From the NCBI GenBank assembly GCA_028687275.1, contig JAQUAK010000002.1, positions 6,102 through 70,101 of the forward strand: DNA of 64,000 nt, given 5' to 3'. Below are positions 57,195 to 64,000 of this stretch, in pieces. Source of the stretch: Patescibacteria group bacterium. Lineage in GTDB: Bacteria > Patescibacteriota > Patescibacteriia > Patescibacteriales > UBA12465. The notes under the pieces were generated by a model. The model did not search any database and was not told where the DNA came from. It worked only from the letters and a program-made list of their open reading frames with translations. Positions within the stretch are counted from its first letter, which is position 1, and every line of letters starts with the position of its first letter. The translations under genes were made by a program, and so were the position numbers.

Positions 57195-58258
57195 TTCAAT
57201 AAGTAAGTGCAACACTTTGATATAATTAAAGATATTATCAAAGTGTATGAATTATCAACATCTAAGTATTGAGGAGCGGGAAAAGCTTCAGTTAATGCTC
57301 TGGCAAAAACAATCAGTTAGAGTTATAGCCAAAGAGCTAAATCGGAGCCCCTCTTCTATATCAAGGGAAATAAATAAGAACCGTCGCTCTGACGGCAAAA
57401 GATTGTATATTCCTAGGGCTGCCCATGAAAGAGCCATCACTAAACGCTCAAGTAGAGGAGAAAGAAGACTGGTTCAGAACGAGAGACTGCGAGATTATGT
57501 AATTAAACATCTCAAATTAGGCTGGTCACCAGAGCAAATAGCCGCTAAAGCAGAAGAAATGACGAGTACTAAAATATCCCATGAAGCTATATATCAATAC
57601 ATCTATGCTCAAGTACACAGAAATGGCTATGGCTATATTAGGCCAGGCTGTGAAGACCTCAGGCCATATTTAGCTAGACGTAAGAAAAGAAGAGTACAAA
57701 AAGGATTAAGGGCTAGTTATCGCACAGATAAAGGCTCATTGCCATCAATTGATAGTCGTCCTCAGGAAGTTGAAGAGAGAAAAAGCATTGGTCATTGGGA
57801 AGACGATCTAATAGTATCTAAAGAATCTAAACAGGCGCTAAAGACGGTTAATGAACGAGTATCCGGAATAGTATTTATTGAAAAAGTGAACAACAAAACT
57901 ATTTCCGAATCTAACCGCAGTGTGGCTAAGCGATTGCAAGAAATACCGCTGGAATACAGGAAGACTTTAACCAGGGACAGAGGAAGTGAGAATCTCGGAC
58001 ACGTGGAGCTAGAACAAGAACTGGGAATTCTCTGCTATTTTGCTCATGCCTATCATTCCTGGGAAAGAGGCTCCAACGAGAACTTAAATGGCCTTATTCG
58101 TCGTTTTTTACCTAAAGGAACCGACTTCAGAACAGTATCAGCAGAGCAAATTAAACGAATTGAGTACTTAATTAACTCTAGACCAAGGAAAAGACTTGGC
58201 TGGAAGACCCCTTATGAGGTATTCTATGAAAAGACAGGTGTTGCACTTCTAACTTGAA
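57195..58258 (+). mobile_element. IS30-family insertion sequence
   Basis: Terminal inverted repeats ttcaataagtaagtgcaacac (57195-57215) and gtgttgcacttctaacttgaa (58238-58258) enclose a single IS30-type transposase. Confidence 0.85.
57247..58257 (+). CDS. IS30-family transposase
   Basis: N-terminal HTH (LSIEEREKLQLMLWQKQSVRVIAKELNRSPSSISREINKN) and a DDE region (HWEDDLI ... TRDRGSEN ... NENLNGLIRRFLPKG). Confidence 0.9.
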   Translation: MNYQHLSIEEREKLQLMLWQKQSVRVIAKELNRSPSSISREINKNRRSDGKRLYIPRAAHERAITKRSSRGERRLVQNERLRDYVIKHLKLGWSPEQIAAKAEEMTSTKISHEAIYQYIYAQVHRNGYGYIRPGCEDLRPYLARRKKRRVQKGLRASYRTDKGSLPSIDSRPQEVEERKSIGHWEDDLIVSKESKQALKTVNERVSGIVFIEKVNNKTISESNRSVAKRLQEIPLEYRKTLTRDRGSENLGHVELEQELGILCYFAHAYHSWERGSNENLNGLIRRFLPKGTDFRTVSAEQIKRIEYLINSRPRKRLGWKTPYEVFYEKTGVALLT

Positions 58259-58412
58259 TGTACCTGTTAATATATTGACAATTTTAATTATTTATGCTAT
58301 ATTAACAAGTTAATAGTTCATTAAAAAATATGTTAAATTTGATTAATCACCAAGTTTGCCTATATTTAGGCGAATTTAGTAATTAATCAAATTCAACACT
58401 AAAAAAAGAAAA

Positions 58413-58715
58413 ATGGAAACAGTAATTTTTATTATTCTAGCTATTATAGCTCTTTATGCGATTGTAATGATGATCATGTGTCTGATAGATGGATTTAGGT
58501 CTATCATTTATCAGTATAGGGCTAAAAATATCGAGATCAAGTGTTCGACACCAGTTTCTGCAAATAGCACATTAAGTGCAAAAAACACTGAAGCAACAGT
58601 CATTTATCGTAGCATCTATGTAGATGGCAAAAGATTATCTTCTCAATTTGAAGATGAAACTAACTCAATAAATAGAGCTACACAAAGTATAAATACGGTG
58701 GCGGCTATTATGTAA
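58413..58715 (+). CDS. Hypothetical small membrane-anchored protein (100 aa), cassette 2
   Basis: N-terminal TM helix VIFIILAIIALYAIVMMIMCL. Its own terminator lies at 58723-58753. Confidence 0.45.
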   Translation: METVIFIILAIIALYAIVMMIMCLIDGFRSIIYQYRAKNIEIKCSTPVSANSTLSAKNTEATVIYRSIYVDGKRLSSQFEDETNSINRATQSINTVAAIM

Positions 58716-58782
58716 CAATTGAGGCGGTGAACGATTTCGTGCACCGCCTTTTTTATTTATCCAAAAATATTCCAGCCTCTTC

Positions 58783-58868
58783 CTACCCTCTCTACAGATT
58801 AAAAATAAATCTAATATCGAAGTTATTTTTTGTTATTAGTTTTATCGTTTTAGAATAGCGTGATATAA
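58783..58868 (+). repeat. Boundary module E (degenerate)
   Basis: taccctctctacagattaaaaataaatc...ttatttttt...tgatataat. Same order of parts as modules C, F and G. Confidence 0.6.
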
Positions 58869-58875
58869 TTATAAT

Positions 58876-59265
58876 ATGAAAAAGAATTTACCAAAACCCT
58901 TTAAAAATGCCATTATCTATGAAGATAGCAAGCTATATGCTTGTTTGGCTAATAATCCAATTATTTCCGGCCATGTTGTGGTTGTTTGGAAAAAGGATGT
59001 TAAAGATATAAATTTACTATCAAAAAAAGATTATGAGTATTTAATGAATAGGGTCAATGATATCAGAAAGTCAATGATAAAAACACTGAAAGTTAAAAAG
59101 ATTTATCTTTTATATATGGATGAAATTAATCATGTTCATTGGCACCTTGTGCCACGCTATAAAAAAATGGGGCTTGATGTTTTATTAGGTAAACCAGGTA
59201 AAATTAATGATTTCACTCTTGATGATAAAATTAGAAATAATTTAATTATTAGGAAAAACAATTAG
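58876..59265 (+). CDS. HIT-family protein, cassette 3
   Basis: Histidine triad INHVHWHLVPRY. Confidence 0.8.
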   Translation: MKKNLPKPFKNAIIYEDSKLYACLANNPIISGHVVVVWKKDVKDINLLSKKDYEYLMNRVNDIRKSMIKTLKVKKIYLLYMDEINHVHWHLVPRYKKMGLDVLLGKPGKINDFTLDDKIRNNLIIRKNN

Positions 59266-59286
59266 TTTAAAATCTTTTCAAAATGA

Positions 59287-59372
59287 CCCACACTCTCTAC
59301 AGCTTAAAAATAGCCTAAATAAGGGCTATTTTTTAACAGAGAGTTTATCGCCCTGGAACGCTATGTTATAAT
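59287..59372 (+). repeat. Boundary module F
   Basis: cccacactctctacagcttaaaaatagcctaaataagggctattttttaacagagagtttatcgccctggaacgctatgttataat. Confidence 0.8.
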
Positions 59373-59378
59373 CAAATT

Positions 59379-60056
59379 ATGAGATTTACTAATTTTGATA
59401 ATATTATTTCTGGAATATCAGAGAAAAAAGATGGACCAATGAAAAGCTCTTTGGACAATCGTCTTTTGTTTTTTAAAAATGAAGGCCTAGATAAAAAAAT
59501 AATAGTATCGGCCGGATTAATTCATGGCAATCGAGTAGCTATTATTGAGAGTATTAATAAAGAAACCGTTATTAACCGCTGTGATGCTTTAATAACAAAC
59601 AATAGTAAATATTTATTAGCAATCACAGTGGCTGATTGTTTACCGGTTTATTTTTTTGATAATAATAAAAAAGTGGTCGCCTTAGCTCATGCCGGCTGGC
59701 GTGGCATTATATCAAAAATAATATCAGAGGTAGTTTCTTCATTCATTAATGACTATAGATCCAATTTAAGTGATATAAATGTTTTTATTGGCCCGCATAT
59801 TCAAGATTGTCATTTTGAGGTAAAAAAGGATGTTGCTGATTACTTTAAACAAGATTATTTAGCTATAAATAATGGAAAAAAGTACATTAATCTTTCTTTG
59901 GCGGCAAAAAATCAATTAATTGAGTCTGGTGTTTTAAGCAGTAATATTAGTATAAGTGATGAGTGTACTTATTGTCTAAGGGATAAATATTTTTCTTTTA
60001 GAAGAGACAATCCTGAGAATTTAGAGACAATGATAGCCTATCTTAGTCTTAAGTAG
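59379..60056 (+). CDS. YfiH/PgeF-family (Cu-oxidase_4, laccase-domain) protein, cassette 4
   Basis: ITVADCLPVYFFD, ALAHAGWRG and IGPHIQDCHFEV. Confidence 0.8.
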   Translation: MRFTNFDNIISGISEKKDGPMKSSLDNRLLFFKNEGLDKKIIVSAGLIHGNRVAIIESINKETVINRCDALITNNSKYLLAITVADCLPVYFFDNNKKVVALAHAGWRGIISKIISEVVSSFINDYRSNLSDINVFIGPHIQDCHFEVKKDVADYFKQDYLAINNGKKYINLSLAAKNQLIESGVLSSNISISDECTYCLRDKYFSFRRDNPENLETMIAYLSLK

Positions 60057-60080
60057 ATTATATCTTGTATATTACCAAGC

Positions 60081-60166
60081 CGCACCCTCTCCGTAGATTA
60101 AAAATAGCCCTAATTTTAGGGCTATTTTTATAAAAAGTTTATAGCTGTAAAATGATATGATATAAT
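60081..60166 (+). repeat. Boundary module G
   Basis: cgcaccctctccgtagattaaaaatagccctaattttagggctattttt...tgatataat. Confidence 0.75.
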
Positions 60167-60201
60167 TAAACTATCAATATTATAATAATTAAAATAATTT
60201 T

Positions 60202-60858
60202 ATGAAATTATTGTTAACCTCAAATGGCCTTTCTAATCAATCAATTGCCACAGCCTTATTAGAATTAGTCGGAAAACCAGCCTCAGAAACTAATATCGTT
60301 TTTATTCCTACGGCCATGAATGTTGCTAGGGGTAGCAAGGAATGGTTTATAAACGATCTTTATAATATTAAAAAGCAAGGATTCAAATTTATTGACATTG
60401 TAGATATATCAGCCCTTCCTAAAAAAATTTGGTTACCAAAAATAGAGAATGGGGATGTTTTATTTTTCTCAGGAGGAAACACCTATCATTTAATGTATTG
60501 GCTAAAAGAATCAGGTCTATCTGATTTATTACCAGAATTATTAAAAACGAGAGTTTATGCTGGTATCAGCGCTGGAAGCATGGCTACAAATCCAGATATA
60601 ACTCTTAGCGGTAGTGATAAAAAAGAATATTACAAGGAACAATTTAGTTATAGTAGTGAGGAGGCTTTGCATTTTGTAGATTTTTATATTCGCCCTCATT
60701 TTAATTCTCCGAAACACTTATCTTCAAGGAAAGAAAACCTAGAAAAGATTGCCAAAGAAATGAAAAAAACCGTTTATGGGCTTGATGATGAATCGGCCCT
60801 TAAAATCTCTGATGATAAAGTGGAGATTATTACTGAAGGGGAATATATAAAACTATAG
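60202..60858 (+). CDS. Peptidase S51 family (dipeptidase E-like), cassette 5
   Basis: Nucleophile motif YAGISAGSM. The length and layout match peptidase E-like proteins. Confidence 0.65.
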   Translation: MKLLLTSNGLSNQSIATALLELVGKPASETNIVFIPTAMNVARGSKEWFINDLYNIKKQGFKFIDIVDISALPKKIWLPKIENGDVLFFSGGNTYHLMYWLKESGLSDLLPELLKTRVYAGISAGSMATNPDITLSGSDKKEYYKEQFSYSSEEALHFVDFYIRPHFNSPKHLSSRKENLEKIAKEMKKTVYGLDDESALKISDDKVEIITEGEYIKL

Positions 60859-61268
60859 CTGATATAAAAACCAGTTTTCCATAAATTAAAAAGTCCTGAA
60901 GGGCAAATATATAATTTGCATATAAATAAATTCTAATAATGAAATTAGTTAAATATATAACTAGGAACTACAGCTTAAGGGATCATTTACTGATTGTTCA
61001 ATCTTTATATAGAAAAAATACTTCAATCCCAGAATTATATTATACTGGCGCTGTAGACGTCTTTATTAAATGACTTTAAGAAAGCATGGTAATAATATTC
61101 ATATTTTAAGATAATCTTTGGTGCAAGGATTAAAAACCTACCCTAAATAAAAAATCAGCTCTAGCTGGTTTTTTATTATACTTTCGGCACACTTTAAGTC
61201 TGTCAATAAAATAATTGACAATCTATTAAAATTTAATATATACTTATTAACATAAATTACTAATACAT

Positions 61269-62009
61269 ATGGATACATCAATTTTAAAAAAGATGGGACT
61301 GTCCGAAAAAGAACTGACAGTTTATTTAAATCTTTTAGAGCACGGCCCCATTTCCGTGCGTCGTTTAGCTGAAATAGCTAAACTTAACCGAGGCAGCGTT
61401 TATGAAATATTAAAAGAATTACAAAATAAATCCTTAGCTAGTTACTACAATGACGCCACCAAGCAAAAATTTATAGCTGAGGATCCTGCGCAATTTAAAA
61501 GAATGATTAGCAACGAAGAAGATCGTGTTCGTCTGCTTAAAAATAACATAGACCCTCTAATTGCCGAACTGAGGTCGTTGGGAGGAAAAGAAAATAACAG
61601 ACCTGTTAGTAAATTATATGAAAAGGACGCTGGCATTAGATCAATCCTAAATGATTTATTAGAGACCTTGAGTCATGAAGATAATAAAGAATATTACGTT
61701 TACTCAGCTAAAGACGCGAGTAGCGATATTAATCGAGCCTATCCTAAATTTAACGAATTAAGAAACAAAAATAAGATATTTGTTAAAGCAATTTCCTTGG
61801 CTAAAGGCGGTGGAACTAATGGATTAGACGAAAGACGTTGGCTGGGCAGTAACGATGAGTCCGCCACCTTTATTATTATTTACGCTGGCAAATGTGCCTT
61901 TATTTCTCGTAATAAGCAAGGTGAGCCGGTAGGAATTCTAATTGAAAATCAAATGATTTATAATACTCAAAAGGTAATCTTCCAAGATCTTTGGCAGCGC
62001 CTTAAATAA
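61269..62009 (+). CDS. TrmB-family transcriptional regulator
   Basis: N-terminal winged HTH (LGLSEKELTVYLNLLEHGPISVRRLAEIAKLNRGSVYEILKEL). Confidence 0.65.
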   Translation: MDTSILKKMGLSEKELTVYLNLLEHGPISVRRLAEIAKLNRGSVYEILKELQNKSLASYYNDATKQKFIAEDPAQFKRMISNEEDRVRLLKNNIDPLIAELRSLGGKENNRPVSKLYEKDAGIRSILNDLLETLSHEDNKEYYVYSAKDASSDINRAYPKFNELRNKNKIFVKAISLAKGGGTNGLDERRWLGSNDESATFIIIYAGKCAFISRNKQGEPVGILIENQMIYNTQKVIFQDLWQRLK

Positions 62010-62013
62010 TTTT

Positions 62014-63846
62014 ATGTGTGGAATAGCAGCTTATATAGGACAAAAAAATGCCTATCCAATAATTATTGAAGCTTTAAAAAGACTTGAATACCGTGGCTAT
62101 GATAGCGCTGGTATAGTTTTATATGATGGCAAAAATACAAAAATATATAAAGAAGCTGGAGCGATTTCCTGTTTAGAGAAGAGTATGGACCAAAAAAACC
62201 CAATTGGTAAAATAGGAATTGGTCATACTCGCTGGGCTACTCATGGTGTAGCTAATACAATTAACGCTCACCCTCATCATTCTCAAAATAAACGCTTAAC
62301 TCTTGTTCATAATGGCACTGTTTTAAACCACCATCTCCTTAGAGAATCTTTACTAGCGGATGATTTTCATTTTTATGGTGAAACTGATTCAGAAATTTTA
62401 GTAAACTTTCTTGCCAATCAACAAGCAAAAGAAAATTTAAGTTTATTAGACACAATTCTTCAGCACTCCCTAAAACTAGAAGGTCGTTCAGTTTTTGTTG
62501 TTCATGACTTAGAAGACCCTAATAAAATTATTGCCTGTAATCTTGGCGGAGATTTATTTATTGGCAAAGGTAAAGATAAACAAATTTTAGCGTGTTCGGA
62601 TAAAAATGCTCTCGCCGGTTACGTTGATCAAGTTACCTCCTTAGCGCCAGGGACGCTTGCCATCATTGATGCAGATTGCCAAATATTTGATCTAAATTCA
62701 AAGCTGAAATTAAAGCCTGAGTGGAAAAAATTAAAATTAAACGCTGAGTCTTTAGAAAAAGGAGCTTATCCTCATTTCATGCTCAAAGAAATTTTTGAGC
62801 AGGAAGAAGCAATTAGCAAAACAATTGAACATTTAAGTAAAAGCTCTAATTATAAATTAGAAAAAATGCTTGAACCTTATCGTCGAACTATTACACGTTT
62901 GAGAAAAATAACTATTATTGCTTGCGGTACTTCTTGGCACGCCGGCCTTGTCGCTAAACATTTCTTCAATGAATTAGCCGACCTACCAGTTTATTGTGAA
63001 TACGCCTCTGAATTTATGCCCACTGACGTTGGTGCCGGTGATTTAGTAATCGCAATATCACAATCAGGAAGCACAGCTGATACTTTGCAAGCAGTTCAGT
63101 CAGCTAAAGATATAGGCGCGGTAATTATAAGTATTTGTAATGTTGAAGGCTCGGCTATAACTAACTTAGCTGACGTATCCCTATTAACGAAAGCAGGTCC
63201 AGAGATTGGGGTGGCCTCAACTAAAGCTTTTACTACTCAATTAACTGCCCTATTTTTAATTGCCAGCCAGTGTGGAGAGTGGCGTGGTTATCTTAGCCCA
63301 AATAGAAAAAAGTCTCTTTGGAAAGAATTAAAAAATATCCCCTTAAAAATTAATGAAGTTTTAAGAAATAATCCTAAAATAGCTGAACTGGCTAAAAAAT
63401 ATCAATCAGCTAATAATTTCTTATACCTAGGACGGGGAACCGGCTTTCCCATTGCCATGGAGGGCGCTTTAAAATTAAAAGAAGTTTCCTATATACACGC
63501 AGAGGGCTTGTCAGCAGGAGAAATGAAGCATGGCTCCATCGCCTTGATTGATAAAAATATGCCCTCTCTATTTATTGCTACCGAAGATGAGCATTATGAT
63601 AAAATAATAAATAATCTCTTAGAAATAAAGGCTAGAAATGGAAAAATTATTGCCATCACCGATAGCCTTGATACTCAAATTAAAAAAGAGGCCGATGATG
63701 TAATTGTCATACCCTCTTGCTCTCCTTTATTATATCCATTTTTGACCGTTATTCCCTTGCAGCTATTTGCTTATCACGTAGCCTTACTACGTGGAACTAA
63801 CATTGATAAACCTAGAAACCTAGCTAAATCAGTCACAGTTGAATAA
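62014..63846 (+). CDS. glmS: Glutamine--fructose-6-phosphate aminotransferase
   Basis: The MCGIAAYIG N-terminal nucleophile, two SIS domains and the C-terminus PRNLAKSVTVE. Confidence 0.95.
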   Translation: MCGIAAYIGQKNAYPIIIEALKRLEYRGYDSAGIVLYDGKNTKIYKEAGAISCLEKSMDQKNPIGKIGIGHTRWATHGVANTINAHPHHSQNKRLTLVHNGTVLNHHLLRESLLADDFHFYGETDSEILVNFLANQQAKENLSLLDTILQHSLKLEGRSVFVVHDLEDPNKIIACNLGGDLFIGKGKDKQILACSDKNALAGYVDQVTSLAPGTLAIIDADCQIFDLNSKLKLKPEWKKLKLNAESLEKGAYPHFMLKEIFEQEEAISKTIEHLSKSSNYKLEKMLEPYRRTITRLRKITIIACGTSWHAGLVAKHFFNELADLPVYCEYASEFMPTDVGAGDLVIAISQSGSTADTLQAVQSAKDIGAVIISICNVEGSAITNLADVSLLTKAGPEIGVASTKAFTTQLTALFLIASQCGEWRGYLSPNRKKSLWKELKNIPLKINEVLRNNPKIAELAKKYQSANNFLYLGRGTGFPIAMEGALKLKEVSYIHAEGLSAGEMKHGSIALIDKNMPSLFIATEDEHYDKIINNLLEIKARNGKIIAITDSLDTQIKKEADDVIVIPSCSPLLYPFLTVIPLQLFAYHVALLRGTNIDKPRNLAKSVTVE

Positions 63847-63889
63847 ATATAGCAAATTAACATCAAAATTTTACGAAAATCCACTTATC

Positions 63890-63917
63890 TTGCCAAAACC
63901 TGTATTTTTGCTATAAT
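63890..63917 (+). promoter_or_regulatory. Sigma70-type promoter before a truncated ORF at the window end
   Basis: TTGCCA, 16 nt, then TATAAT (63912-63917). An ATG at 63975 opens an ORF (MENTLDKK...) that runs off the window. Confidence 0.4.
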
Positions 63918-64000
63918 ATCTTCAAAGAACCTAAGGGGGCTTTTATTTTAATTTGACTAAGAATAAATAAGAATATGGAAAACACTTTGGACAAAAAAGT

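Noticed and set aside
56600-60170. CRISPR array or classical integron attC array as an explanation for the repeated ~90-bp modules.
   Set aside because: The repeat spacing is 0.5-1.7 kb with full genes between copies, so this is not a CRISPR array. The modules consist of a tRNA-derived segment, an ordinary terminator hairpin and a promoter for each gene. I could not see the paired RYYYAAC/GTTRRRY cores of attC sites, and no adjacent intI-attI arrangement is present.
61990-62020. glmS ribozyme upstream of glmS.
   Set aside because: Only 4 nt separate the TrmB-like gene stop from the glmS ATG, which leaves no room for a ribozyme.
1-64000. Alternative genetic code (for example UGA recoding, as in some candidate phyla).
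   Set aside because: Long conserved genes such as topA, valS, pheT, uvrA and glmS are intact under the standard code. Their ends match the expected C-termini, so nothing suggests in-frame stop reassignment.

Overview
This is a low-GC, tightly packed bacterial chromosome segment. The gene content suggests a reduced-genome lineage such as Patescibacteria/CPR, but that is inference only.

The first ~48 kb is mostly housekeeping:
- GTPases and translation factors: der (5' partial), pth, ychF, efp, tsaD and the rpsF-ssb-rpsR block.
- Six aminoacyl-tRNA synthetase genes within 17 kb: valS, pheS, pheT, glyQS, argS, tyrS.
- DNA functions: topA and a uvrA that lacks the UvrB-binding domain.
- Other notable genes: a covalently duplicated PilB/GspE-type ATPase, a translin-like protein, a histone H1-like repeat protein, envelope and membrane proteins, and a PerR/Fur-peroxiredoxin pair.

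Eight tRNA genes are present: Ile-UAU, Val-GAC, Glu-UUC, Cys-GCA, Ser-CGA, Arg-CCG, Asp-GUC and Ser-UGA. None encodes CCA. I saw no rRNA and no CRISPR array.

The accessory part lies between 48.3 and 61.2 kb.

1. A ~6.9 kb integrative island sits in the 3' end of tRNA-Asp, bounded by an exact 23-bp direct repeat.
   - It carries a tyrosine integrase, an excisionase-type HTH protein and a ~1 kb ORF-poor, structure-rich segment.
   - It also carries a plus-strand block encoding two tiny membrane proteins, an OLD-family ABC-ATPase/TOPRIM nuclease and two unrecognisable membrane proteins.
   - I regard this block as the best candidate for an undescribed anti-phage or abortive-infection system.

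2. Downstream of tRNA-Ser(UGA) is a chain of single-gene cassettes.
   - The cassettes are separated by ~85-90 bp repeat modules. Each module is a degenerate tRNA-Ser 3' end, a terminator hairpin and a TGnTATAAT promoter.
   - An IS30-family element is inserted into this chain.

Other leads:
- A 600-bp ORF-free region holds two perfect DnaA boxes, a strong promoter and a large terminator hairpin.
- A long-helix candidate ncRNA that may be SRP-like.
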